From an uncultured bacterium (GTDB lineage Bacteria; Zhuqueibacterota; QNDG01; DTFT01), in assembly GCA_963736115.1 (NCBI GenBank), contig CAVTNR010000008.1, positions 1-64,000 on the forward strand: 64,000 bases of DNA, written 5' to 3'. Every line of letters begins with the position of its first letter. The first letter of the stretch is position 1. Under the pieces are notes generated by a model. That model ran no database searches and was not told the origin of the DNA. It saw nothing but the letters and a program-made list of their open reading frames with translations. A program made the position numbers and the translations under genes. Positions 33,290 to 42,641 of this stretch are shown here, piece by piece.

Positions 33290-36200
33290 TTATTTAATCC
33301 GCTTGATCCTCTTCTTTGTCTTTCCCTCGGATTCGGTCTTCATTTTAAATCGGTTTTTGCCTGCTGCGGTTTTTGATGTCTTTCGTCCGGTCATCTTGCG
33401 GGTTTTCATCTTTTTCGATTTTAAGGCGGTCTGTTTTTTCGGGGCGGGATGTTTCGGTTTATCGTCGGCCGGTCGCTTTGATTTCACGGAAGGTTTCATC
33501 TTCCCTGATGCGGGACGGTTTATGATCTTCCCCGCCGCTTCCAGCAGTTTCTCCGCCTGATACTCCGACCGGTTCATGGCCGCATCCAGGCCTCGTACGA
33601 TCCGAAACGCCCCGGAGAGGCGGGCCAGGGCCGCGGCTGTTCCGACAGACACGGCTTCCACGGCTTCCAATGTCAGCAGCCAGTCCGCCGTCTCCTCGAA
33701 CGCTTCTTTGTTGAACCAGTCGATGTCATGGAACCGGTTGATTCTCAGGAAATCCCGAACTGCGCCGTCTTCCAGCAGTGCGGACAGAAGGACGGATACG
33801 GATGCGCCGTATGTCCGGCCCGCCCAGTCCGAGAAGCGGACCAGCATTCTCAGTTCGGTGACGGACTTCCACGCGTCTTCTTCCGGTTCGCCCAGATCCC
33901 TGAGCATGCGTACCGCCACGTCTCCGAAACGCCAATCGTCCAGACCGGCCCGGCTCTTCTCCGGCCAGCGGGTCATATCCGTTATCTTTCCGAGCCTATG
34001 CAGCACAGCCCAGGCGAAAAGCATGGCCGGCCGCCTGGGGTCCGCGTCCAAAAATGACTGAACGCGCCGCCGGACCGCGGCAGTTACAGCCGTCCCCATT
34101 CCCGATCCCGGTCTTCTGAAGGACAGGCGGTTCCCCGCGGTGATCAGCGAGATCACGGTTTCCATCCGTAGTTCCGTTTCAGCCGAAACAGAGCCGGCGT
34201 CTCCGGCCGCGCCTGTTTTTCCCTTCCATCCGGAGAGAAACGCGCCGATTTTCGGCCGGAGTGAGGCGATCCAGGCCGGATCGGGCCGCGATCCCCTGCA
34301 GGCTAGAACCCGCTTCAAAACTCCGGCGTTCAGCAGCGCTTCGAGCGCCTCGATGACGGGCCGGATGAAGAGAAAGCGCATTTCCGACTCGATGTCGGCC
34401 ACGCCCCGGCCGTCCAGCAGGGCGGCCAGTTCCGCGTACGGCGAACCGCCGCCGTCCGAGACCTCCCGGAAATCCATGAACACGCGGCGTTCGTACGCGT
34501 GCAGGTCCACGCGCCACCCGTGCCGGTGGACGTCGGCGCAGCTGCGGATGTATTCCAGTCCTCCGACCGAATCCCGGTAAATACAGAAGCGGTCCGCATG
34601 GTCCGCAAGGCCCAGCCCCTCGGCCAGGGTCCTGCGCACGAGCCGTTTTCCATCCGCGGACGCGACGGAAACCGGGCAGGACTCCCGTATCCATCCGGAT
34701 GCGTGCTCGTATTTGTTGTGGACCAGAACCAGCGCCCGGTCGGGCCCGGACCGGTTGGTGTAGGCGAACACGTTTTCCGCTGCGCGGCCGTCCGGCCCGA
34801 CGCAGTCGTAGAGCAGAAAATGCTCCACGCCCGCGAACAGGCGCCGCCTGTGCAGAAGCGGGAATATCTCGCGCCTGTGCCGGCTGACCAGAGTTTCGTC
34901 CGGGGTCTCGTCCCAGTACGCCTTCCGGTACTCCATTCCGTACTTTTCGGAAAATCCCTCGATCTGGCCATGGCCGAACATGGGGAGCCCGGGTAAAGTG
35001 CACATCAGCGTGCAGATGCTGAAATACTTGTCGCCGTTTCCGAACTGATCGACGGCCGTGCGCTCGTCCGGGTTGTTCATAAAGTTCACGTATCGCTTCA
35101 GGATCTCCGGGTCGAACTCCAGCGTGCTCCGGATCGCGGCCCGGTACTTGGCGTTTTCCTCGTCCCGGAGCATGTTCATGAACGCGCTGTTGTACACCCG
35201 GTGCATGCCGAGCGTGCGCACGAAATACCCCTCCATCAGCCAGAACGCTTCGGCCAGCAGGAGCGTATCGGGCGCCTCCGCAGCCACGCGGTCAACCACC
35301 TGGCGCCAGAACTCTTCGGGCATGGCCGCGTCGAACTGCGCCTTCGGCATGCCGAAATCGGACCGGGACGGGATGGCCCCGCCCGTTCCGGGTTCCGGGA
35401 ACCACAGGCGGTGGAAATGCTTCTTCGCGAGCGTCATGGCCGCGTCGAAACGGATGATGGGGAACATCCGGGCGACGTGCAGTATGGCGCCGATCATCGC
35501 CTCGCGCACGTCCGGCCGCAGATAATCGAGCTGGGCGGTGTCGTTCCACGGCATGCTGGTGCCGTCGTTCCCGTGGTACACATAGCGGACCGATCCGGTC
35601 GCGCGGTCCACGCGCTTGAACACCACGGCCGCGTCGCTGCGGCTGTAGTAGTGGTCCTCCAGGTAGATGCCCGTGCGGCCGTCCTCGGAGAGATCCGGCC
35701 CGTCGAAGGAATAAGCGGGAAAGGGACTGTAGTCGAGGGAAACGAAACGTTCCGGGTGTTCCGTCATCCAGATCGAATCGATGCTCATGTGATTGGGCAC
35801 CAGGTCGCTGGCCATGCGGATGCCGCGCATCATCGCGCGGTTCCGCAGGTCCCAGAAGGCGGATTCGCCTCCCAAGTCGTCGGCGATCCGGTAATCGAAC
35901 AGCGAGTAGGCCGAGGCCAGGGCCTCCGGATTGCCGCAGAGCTGTTTGATCCGGCGCGAAGCCCGGCTGCGTTCCCACAGGCCGATGAGCCAGAGGCCGG
36001 TGAAACCCGCGGCCGCCAGGCGGTCGAGCTCCGAATCCGGAATCTGGTCGAGCCGGGTGAGAGTGGTCCCGGCCGCCCTGGAGATCTGGTCGAGCCAGAC
36101 ATAGGCGTTTTTCGCGATCAGCACGAGGCGCGGCATCCAGTCCCGGTCCGGGCTGTAATGCTCAACCTCCGGATTGAGCCCCGAGAAATCCGGGACCGAC

Positions 36201-37018
36201 GAGGGCCCTGGACCGGGGCCTCCGCCCAGGCCGAAAATGGCCGCCTTTTCCTCCTCCTGAAGAAAATCCAGGCCGCCCAGCAGGCGGACGAGGTATTCAC
36301 CGAGCAGGCTTCCCCAGTGCAGGCGGATGTATTCCAGCTGTCCGGCCAGGCTGTGGGGAACGGCGATCGCCGGACTCGCCAGGAGGTCCACCAGGTTCTG
36401 GTTGTAAGGGCCGAAGGGCGGGCGAGTCCCGAAATATCCGTTCAGGCCCGAGATGATTTCCGCATAGGCCGTCCGTTCCTGCAGACCGGCGTCGTCGAAC
36501 AGTTCGGAGTACGGGGAAAAAGCGGGGTTGACGTTGGCGAGCCACAGGAGGAGCATTTCCTCCAGCACGATCAGACGGTTTTCCGTATTCCCGGTTCGGC
36601 CGGCGAGCCATGCGTCCTGGGTCAGGCGGCCCCGGTACACGGACACGGTCGGGAACCGGTCCGCGAAAATCGCGAGCGCCTGGTCCACGGCTTCCCGGCC
36701 GAGCCTGGCGTCCAGCCAATCCGACGCTCCGGACAGGGCCGCGGCGTCCACGCGCTCCCGGTACAACTGAACCATGAAATGCAGGATCTCGTCGATCAGG
36801 CCCATGGCATTGATCTGGCCGGCCCGGACCGACCGTTCCGGATGCCGGACGAGGTCGCGTCGGCTGTTCATCTTTTCAGCGAATACGCGCGCCGCGTGGA
36901 AATTGGCGAATATCGCATTGCCGTTGAATGCGAACAGGGCGTCGTCAAACCCGTACTTGTCCCTGGATTCGCGGGAAATGTGGAATTCATATGGGAATTG
37001 AGAGCCGTGGAGTTGCAT
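33290..37018 (-). CDS. Large alpha-amylase family (GH13) glycoside hydrolase with Lys-rich tail
   Basis: DLVPNHM, IRFDAAM, LLAEAFW, FMNNPDE conserved regions. Start MQLHG at 37018 inferred. Confidence 0.88.
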   Translation of the reverse strand: MQLHGSQFPYEFHISRESRDKYGFDDALFAFNGNAIFANFHAARVFAEKMNSRRDLVRHPERSVRAGQINAMGLIDEILHFMVQLYRERVDAAALSGASDWLDARLGREAVDQALAIFADRFPTVSVYRGRLTQDAWLAGRTGNTENRLIVLEEMLLLWLANVNPAFSPYSELFDDAGLQERTAYAEIISGLNGYFGTRPPFGPYNQNLVDLLASPAIAVPHSLAGQLEYIRLHWGSLLGEYLVRLLGGLDFLQEEEKAAIFGLGGGPGPGPSSVPDFSGLNPEVEHYSPDRDWMPRLVLIAKNAYVWLDQISRAAGTTLTRLDQIPDSELDRLAAAGFTGLWLIGLWERSRASRRIKQLCGNPEALASAYSLFDYRIADDLGGESAFWDLRNRAMMRGIRMASDLVPNHMSIDSIWMTEHPERFVSLDYSPFPAYSFDGPDLSEDGRTGIYLEDHYYSRSDAAVVFKRVDRATGSVRYVYHGNDGTSMPWNDTAQLDYLRPDVREAMIGAILHVARMFPIIRFDAAMTLAKKHFHRLWFPEPGTGGAIPSRSDFGMPKAQFDAAMPEEFWRQVVDRVAAEAPDTLLLAEAFWLMEGYFVRTLGMHRVYNSAFMNMLRDEENAKYRAAIRSTLEFDPEILKRYVNFMNNPDERTAVDQFGNGDKYFSICTLMCTLPGLPMFGHGQIEGFSEKYGMEYRKAYWDETPDETLVSRHRREIFPLLHRRRLFAGVEHFLLYDCVGPDGRAAENVFAYTNRSGPDRALVLVHNKYEHASGWIRESCPVSVASADGKRLVRRTLAEGLGLADHADRFCIYRDSVGGLEYIRSCADVHRHGWRVDLHAYERRVFMDFREVSDGGGSPYAELAALLDGRGVADIESEMRFLFIRPVIEALEALLNAGVLKRVLACRGSRPDPAWIASLRPKIGAFLSGWKGKTGAAGDAGSVSAETELRMETVISLITAGNRLSFRRPGSGMGTAVTAAVRRRVQSFLDADPRRPAMLFAWAVLHRLGKITDMTRWPEKSRAGLDDWRFGDVAVRMLRDLGEPEEDAWKSVTELRMLVRFSDWAGRTYGASVSVLLSALLEDGAVRDFLRINRFHDIDWFNKEAFEETADWLLTLEAVEAVSVGTAAALARLSGAFRIVRGLDAAMNRSEYQAEKLLEAAGKIINRPASGKMKPSVKSKRPADDKPKHPAPKKQTALKSKKMKTRKMTGRKTSKTAAGKNRFKMKTESEGKTKKRIKRIK

Positions 37019-37176
37019 GCGTTCACCCGGATGGTTGGAGGTTGCCCTTTGCCGTAAAATACGTTTTTTATCCATGACCCGCAAGGGGTCTTTGATCCGC
37101 AAGCGGTCATTCGTCCGTCGGGAGCGGACGGCAGGGGGCATAGCGCAAAGGGCATAGCAAGGGTGCATGTCCGCAC

Positions 37177-37205
37177 TTGACAATGCGGAAAAAAACAGTT
37201 ATACT
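37177..37205 (+). promoter_or_regulatory. Sigma70 promoter
   Basis: TTGACA-17 bp-TATACT upstream of the DUF362 gene. Confidence 0.7.
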
Positions 37206-37268
37206 TCAAAAATTTCTCCAATTTACGGCGAGAGCAAAGTCGCCTCCAACTTCAAGAGGGACTCCCGT

Positions 37269-38546
37269 ATGAAAACCTATGCCGTTCACGTAGGTAATTG
37301 CTCCCAGTACGATCCGGACCGCATCGAAGAGGCCCTTCTCAGGGGCCTTGAAAACGTCCGGCTCGAACGTCCCCTGACCGGCCGCATCGTCATCAAACCG
37401 AACATCGTCATGGCCCACCCCGTGATCGCGACCGAAGGCTATACGCGGCCCGAAGTCGTGGAAGCCGTTTTGCGTCTGATCGGACGCAGGGGCCGATCCG
37501 TCCGGTCCATCGACATCGTCGAGAAATCAGGCCTGGGCGTGACCACGGCCTCGATGTTCCGGTGGGCGGGGTACCGCAGCCTGACCCGGCGGTATCCGGT
37601 GAGGCTCCACGCCATGGAAGAGGGGAAAAAATCCGTCGTGGTTCTGAACCGGGGCCGGATCCACCGCCACGTGACCGTGGCCAGGCCGATGGCGGAACGG
37701 GATTTTCTGATCTCCGTTCCCAAGCTCAAGACCAATGTGCTGTCGCATGGCTATTCGGGCGCGCTGAAGCTGAACATCGGCGTGGTGGACGGCCAGGAGC
37801 GCATCGCCCACCACCACCGCGACCTTCCGGTGAAGATCGTCGACCTCCTCGAAGCCGCGAATCCCGACCTCATCGTCACGGACGGCATTCGGATGGCGTT
37901 CGGCGGAAATCAGATGACGCAGGCCGGGGGAGACGTCGGCGTAATCGTCGTGTCCACGAACGCCGTGGCGCACGACATGGTGTGCAGCCGTCTGCTCAAT
38001 GGCGACCCCTTCCGAGTCCCGCACATCCGAGAGGCCATGGACAGGGGATACGGCCCGACCTCCTTCGAACAGATCCGGATCACAGGCGACGCCCCGGTCC
38101 GGAAAGTGCGGGCCGTCACGCGGAAATACCACTCCGGATTCATGCCCGTGGAAAAATTTCCGTGCCCCTTCCGGATTGTTTCCGGGGAGCCGCTGTGCAT
38201 CGGCGGATGCCAGGGCATATTCCTGGACTGGCTGCACATGGTCAAGGACCGCCAGCCCGGACTGCTCAGGCGATTTCCACGGCTCACAGTCGTCATCGGA
38301 AAGACGGACCGGCGCATCGAGGCTGGACGGGTACTGCTGGTGGGGTCCTGCGCGGCTGCGTCTCCCGACATCCGGTCCGGGAAAATCGTGCGCATCAAGG
38401 GGTGCCCGCCGACCCACAAGCGCATTGTGTGGGACATGATGGTCCGGTACTTCCTCCTGGCTCCCCTTGTCCGGCCCTCGCTGATCATCGACGGGTTTGT
38501 GCTGTATCCGTTGAAGAAGCTCAAGGGGTGGCTGGTGAATCTTTAA
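37269..38546 (+). CDS. DUF362 domain protein with C-terminal Cys motifs
   Basis: IVIKPNI, ISVPKLKT, GALKL, VAHDMVC; C-terminal CIGGC..GSC..GCPP. Confidence 0.82.
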   Translation: MKTYAVHVGNCSQYDPDRIEEALLRGLENVRLERPLTGRIVIKPNIVMAHPVIATEGYTRPEVVEAVLRLIGRRGRSVRSIDIVEKSGLGVTTASMFRWAGYRSLTRRYPVRLHAMEEGKKSVVVLNRGRIHRHVTVARPMAERDFLISVPKLKTNVLSHGYSGALKLNIGVVDGQERIAHHHRDLPVKIVDLLEAANPDLIVTDGIRMAFGGNQMTQAGGDVGVIVVSTNAVAHDMVCSRLLNGDPFRVPHIREAMDRGYGPTSFEQIRITGDAPVRKVRAVTRKYHSGFMPVEKFPCPFRIVSGEPLCIGGCQGIFLDWLHMVKDRQPGLLRRFPRLTVVIGKTDRRIEAGRVLLVGSCAAASPDIRSGKIVRIKGCPPTHKRIVWDMMVRYFLLAPLVRPSLIIDGFVLYPLKKLKGWLVNL

Positions 38547-38548
38547 CA

Positions 38549-38654
38549 AGTTCATAGTTCATGGTTCATAGTTCATAGTCCTGGTAAAAAGCGGATTTCA
38601 TAGTGGACAAACTCCATCTTTTGCTATGAACCATGAACTATGAACTATGAACTT
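38549..38654. repeat. Heptamer inverted-repeat element
   Basis: (GTTCATR)4 ... (YATGAAC)4 between the DUF362 and ALDH genes. Confidence 0.8.
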
Positions 38655-38692
38655 CCAACTCCCGACCATGCAAGTCTAACTCGGACCTTCCC

Positions 38693-40279
38693 ATGATCCC
38701 CTCTCGCCCTATGCTCCAGTCCATCAACCCCGCCACGCTCGAAACCGTCGGGCAGGTGCAGGTCACGCCTCCGGAAGCGGTTGCGGAGGTCGTTGCCTCC
38801 GCGCAGGCCGCGTTCCCGGCCTGGCGGGACGCGGGCCTCAAAACCCGTATCGCGGTTCTGGAGAGGGCACGGCAGCTCATGCTCGAGCGTTCCGAGCGTT
38901 TCGCCCGGCTGATCACCGAGGAAATGGGCAGGCCTTTCGTGGAATCCATGGTCATGGAAATGGAGGCCAGCGTCGATCTGCTGGGGTATTACAGCCGCAA
39001 GGCTCCGGATTTCCTCAGGGACAGGCGCGTTCCCCTGCATAACATTTTTTTCAAGAGGCGTAAAAGTTATATCCATTTTTCTCCGCTGGGAGTGCTCGGC
39101 GTGATCGCGCCCTGGAACTGGCCCGTTCTCATCCCGCTTGGTTTCATCGCGCCGGGCCTGCTCGCGGGGAATGCCGTCATCCTCAAGCATTCCGACCTGA
39201 CGCCGCTGGTCGCGGAGGAGCTTCGGCGGTTGTTCCTGGACGCCGGGGTCCCGGAGGCGGTTTTCCGGACCGTGCATGGGGGCGGCGATGTCGGCGCCGC
39301 GCTTGTGGACGCGAAAACCGAGCGTATCTTCTTCACGGGCAGTACCGAAGTCGGCCAGAAGGTGATGGCGCACGCCGCGCGTTCCCTCAAGAAGGCGGTT
39401 TTGGAACTGGGTGGAAGCGATCCCGCCATCGTGTGCGACGACGCGGACATCGAAAACGCGTCCAGCGGCATTGTCTGGGGCGCTTTCACCAACTGCGGAC
39501 AGAACTGCAACAGCGTCGAACGCGTCATTGTGGACGCCTCCGTGGCCGGCCGCTTCATCGAGGCCGTGGTGGAGAAAACGAAGCGGCTGAGGCTGGGCAA
39601 CGGCATGGACCCGGGAACGGACGTCGGGCCCCTGGCTTCTGAGGCGCAGTTGAGGAAGACGGAGGACATTGTGCGCGCCGCGGAGAGCAGCGGCGGACGC
39701 GTGCTCTGCGGCGGCCGGCGGCCGGCGGGAACGACCGGGCACTTTTACGAGCCGACCGTGATTCAATGGAGCCGGACCGATCCGGCGCCGTCGGACGAGG
39801 AGCTGTTCGCGCCCGTCCTGTTCATCACCCCATCCATCGGCGACGGGGACGCCATCCATCTGGCCAATGCCTCGTGCTTCGGTCTGGCCGCATCGGTCTG
39901 GACGACGGACCGCGGACGGGGCGAGCGGATCGGCCGGGAGATCGAATCGGGCACGGTCATGATCAACGACGTTATCGTCTCGTTCGGCATCGCGGAGGCC
40001 GGGTGGACGGGCGTCAAGAAGAGCGGGGTCGGCTGGGTGCATGGTGAAAAAGGGCTGGACGAAATGGTGAACATCCAGTACGTGCACAGTGATCCGCAGC
40101 TGCGCATGCAGAAGTTCTGGTGGTTCCCCTATTCCGGACGCATGGTCCGGGGCATGAAGGCGGGCATGACGTTCCTGTTCGACCGGAACATGTTCCGTAA
40201 ACTGGCCGCACTTCCCGCGGTTCTGATCCATTTTACGGCGTACCTGGTCCGGAACAGCAGGCGGGAGGATAAACTATAA
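38693..40279 (+). CDS. Aldehyde dehydrogenase family protein
   Basis: APWNWP, FTGSTEVG, LELGG, NCGQNC, ELFAP, GVKKSG. Confidence 0.92.
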   Translation: MIPSRPMLQSINPATLETVGQVQVTPPEAVAEVVASAQAAFPAWRDAGLKTRIAVLERARQLMLERSERFARLITEEMGRPFVESMVMEMEASVDLLGYYSRKAPDFLRDRRVPLHNIFFKRRKSYIHFSPLGVLGVIAPWNWPVLIPLGFIAPGLLAGNAVILKHSDLTPLVAEELRRLFLDAGVPEAVFRTVHGGGDVGAALVDAKTERIFFTGSTEVGQKVMAHAARSLKKAVLELGGSDPAIVCDDADIENASSGIVWGAFTNCGQNCNSVERVIVDASVAGRFIEAVVEKTKRLRLGNGMDPGTDVGPLASEAQLRKTEDIVRAAESSGGRVLCGGRRPAGTTGHFYEPTVIQWSRTDPAPSDEELFAPVLFITPSIGDGDAIHLANASCFGLAASVWTTDRGRGERIGREIESGTVMINDVIVSFGIAEAGWTGVKKSGVGWVHGEKGLDEMVNIQYVHSDPQLRMQKFWWFPYSGRMVRGMKAGMTFLFDRNMFRKLAALPAVLIHFTAYLVRNSRREDKL

Positions 40280-40304
40280 TAATGTTCATCGTTCTTGGTT
40301 CTTC

Positions 40305-40430
40305 GTAGCCCACGGCTTCAGCCGTGGGTTAAAAAATGTAGGTCCGAAATGGTCCCGCTTTGCGGGACCAAGGTATTGTATATTTTTTAATATATTGAAG
40401 GCCCGCTTCCTTTCGCGGGCCTTTCGGACA
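40305..40430 (+). repeat. Cluster of GTAG REP-like palindromes
   Basis: gtagcccacggcttcagccgtggg (40305) and an interrupted gtaggtccgaaa...tttcggaca copy (40338-40430). Confidence 0.7.
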
Positions 40431-40516
40431 AATGATCGAAAACAGATGTCCGATAGCCTCGTCCCGCGGATGGGGGGCTCGGCATATCAGACCTACTGAA
40501 AGATGGAGCTTCCGAT

Positions 40517-40873
40517 ATGAATTCTTCTTTGGAAGACATCAACCGCCGGCGCAAAAAGGCGCACTCCCGGCTTCTGGAGCTCGACTCCAAGGTTTACAAG
40601 GCCTTTCTCGACATGGAAAAGGCCGCGTACACCGACGGGGCACTGGCAAAGAAACACAAGGAACTGGTTGCCGTGGGCATATCCGTTGTCATGGATTGCG
40701 AGTCGTGCATGCAGTGGCACATTGAACAGGCGGCTGCCGCCGGAGCCGTGATGCGCGAAGTGCTCGAGGCAGTGGAAGTCGGCATTGAGATGGGAGGAGG
40801 CCGGGCGACCGTGTCCGCCCGCTTCGCGCTGGAGGTGATGGAGGAGGTCTTCAAAGGGGAATTGCCATCGTAG
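40517..40873 (+). CDS. Carboxymuconolactone decarboxylase / AhpD family protein
   Basis: GALAKKHKELVAVGIS..CESCMQWH. Confidence 0.88.
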   Translation: MNSSLEDINRRRKKAHSRLLELDSKVYKAFLDMEKAAYTDGALAKKHKELVAVGISVVMDCESCMQWHIEQAAAAGAVMREVLEAVEVGIEMGGGRATVSARFALEVMEEVFKGELPS

Positions 40874-40912
40874 ATCCGGAATGGCCCCACCATTTTATTA
40901 CCTGCAAGGCGG

Positions 40913-41023
40913 TGTCATTCCGGAAATTTCTGCCGGAATGTCATCCCCTCAGTTTTCAGGCGGGATGTCATCCCCGAGTTCTTCTGTCGGGATGTCATCC
41001 CCGAGTTCTTCTGTCGGGGATCT
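40913..41023 (+). repeat. Tandem array of 4 GTCA-headed palindromic units (26-31 bp)
   Basis: tgtcat(c/t)cc...gga units head to tail upstream of the GIY-YIG gene. Confidence 0.9.
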
Positions 41024-41056
41024 GAGTGCTGTATTTCACAATCGGGAGGGATTGGA

Positions 41057-41347
41057 ATGCGGCAATACTGCGTTTACATTCTGGCCAGCAGGAAAGATGG
41101 GGTTCTTTACATTGGAGTGACGAATGATCTGATCAGGAGGGTTTTTGAGCATAAAAACAATCAGGTCGAAGGTTTTACTAAACGATACAATGTTCACAGG
41201 CTTGTGTATTTCGAGATGACCAGTGATGTGAATGCAGCCATTGGGAGAGAGAGGGCGCTGAAGAAATGGAACCGTGCCTGGAAAATTCGGTTGATCGAAA
41301 AAGTGAATCCGGAATGGAAGGATCTGTATCCTGAATTAATCCAATGA
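41057..41347 (+). CDS. Stand-alone GIY-YIG nuclease family protein
   Basis: YCVYILAS..LYIGVTNDL.RRV.EHK..GFT.RY.V..LVYFE..AI.RE..LKKWNRAWK. Confidence 0.93.
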   Translation: MRQYCVYILASRKDGVLYIGVTNDLIRRVFEHKNNQVEGFTKRYNVHRLVYFEMTSDVNAAIGRERALKKWNRAWKIRLIEKVNPEWKDLYPELIQ

Positions 41348-41364
41348 TGGATAAACTTTTATGA

Positions 41365-41395
41365 AGACCCCCGCCTGAAGAATGCGGGGGTGACA
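41365..41395 (-). repeat. Inverted complete REP unit after GIY-YIG
   Basis: Reverse complement tgtcacccccgcattcttcaggcgggggtct. Confidence 0.85.
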
Positions 41396-41433
41396 GGTGT
41401 CGTTAAAGGGGGTGACAGAAGCATCAATGGGTG

Positions 41434-41734
41434 TGTCATCCCCTCAGTTTTCAGGCGGGATGTCATCCCCTCAGTTTTCAGGCGGGATGTCATCCCCGCA
41501 GTTTTAAGGCGGGAAGTCATCCCCTCAGTTTTCAGGCGGGAAGTCATCCCCTCAGTTTTCAGGCGGGAAGTCATCCCCTCAGTTTTCAGGCGGGATGTCA
41601 TCCCCGGATTCTTCAGGCAGGATGTCATCCCCGGATTCTTCAGGCAGGATGTCATCCCCGCAGTTTTAAGGCGGGATGTCATCCCCTCAGTTTTCAGGCA
41701 GGATGTCATCCCCGAGTTCTTCTGTCGGGGATCC
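41434..41734 (+). repeat. Tandem array of 11 x 27-bp palindromic units
   Basis: WGTCATCCCC-variable core-GGA with exact 27-bp period; last unit complete (...cggggatcc). Confidence 0.95.
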
Positions 41735-41759
41735 GGGCCGGTCCGATGTATCAGGAAGG

Positions 41760-42641
41760 TCACGAAGAAATTCCGTTCATCCTCTCCAAGACCTTGTACA
41801 GCGCCTGTGTGCCGAGCCGGTCGTATCCCATTTCCATGGCCGCGCTGTAAAGCTGGTTCGCGAGCACGAGCCCCGGAAGAGCCAGGTTCATCCTGCGCGC
41901 CTCCTCGAGCGCAATGCCCATGTCCTTCACGAAGTGCCGGATGAAGAATCCGGGATCGAAATTTCCGGCCGTGATGCGGCGGCCGAGGTTGTTCAGGGAC
42001 CAGGACGCGGCCGCGCCTTTGCCGATCACGTCGATCACCGCGTCCGGCCCGAGGCCCGCTTTCACGGCGTACAGCAGGGACTCAACCGTGCCGACCATGG
42101 TGGAGGCGATGAGAATCTGATTGGACATTTTGGTGTGCTGGCCCTTGCCCGGTCCGCCCATGAGGCTGATTGTCTCGCCCATGATCTGAAAGAGAGGCAG
42201 TACGGATTCAAACGCCTCCCTGTCCCCGCCGGCCATGATCGCGAGCTTTCCGGTTCTCGCGCCGACATCGCCGCCGGACACGGGCGCGTCGAGCGCTGCG
42301 ACGCCCCTGGTCGCGGCTTCCTGGTGAATGCGTTCCGCGAGGGACGGCTTGGACGTGGTCATGTCCACCACGACACTGCCCTTTTTCGCGCCCGCCAGGA
42401 GTCCCCTTTCCCCGAGAAAAACCTTCTCCACGTCCGCGGGATACCCGACGATGGCGAAGGAAATGTCCGAGGCTTCCGAAACCGTTTGGGGGTCGTCGCA
42501 CCAGACCGCGCCTTTTTCAACGAGCGGATCGGCTTTGGACCGGGTTCGGTTGTGGACCCGCACCGGGTATCCCTTCTCCAGTATCCGTCCCGCCATGGAA
42601 AGACCCATGACGCCGGTGCCCACCCAGCCGACGGTTTTCAT
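41760..42641 (-). CDS. 3-hydroxyisobutyrate dehydrogenase / tartronate reductase family NAD(P) oxidoreductase
   Basis: GWVGTGVMG, DAPVSGGD, GQHTKMSNQ, HFVKDM. Confidence 0.92.
   Translation of the reverse strand: MKTVGWVGTGVMGLSMAGRILEKGYPVRVHNRTRSKADPLVEKGAVWCDDPQTVSEASDISFAIVGYPADVEKVFLGERGLLAGAKKGSVVVDMTTSKPSLAERIHQEAATRGVAALDAPVSGGDVGARTGKLAIMAGGDREAFESVLPLFQIMGETISLMGGPGKGQHTKMSNQILIASTMVGTVESLLYAVKAGLGPDAVIDVIGKGAAASWSLNNLGRRITAGNFDPGFFIRHFVKDMGIALEEARRMNLALPGLVLANQLYSAAMEMGYDRLGTQALYKVLERMNGISS

Noticed and set aside
41434-41734. CRISPR array
   Set aside because: Period is only 27 bp, cores are reused rather than unique spacers, and no cas genes are present.
41359-41944. Repetitive ORFs (KTEGMTSRL / VIPSVFRRD / CHPLSFQAG)
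   Set aside because: Open frames are a by-product of a 27-bp repeat; no RBS or protein evidence.
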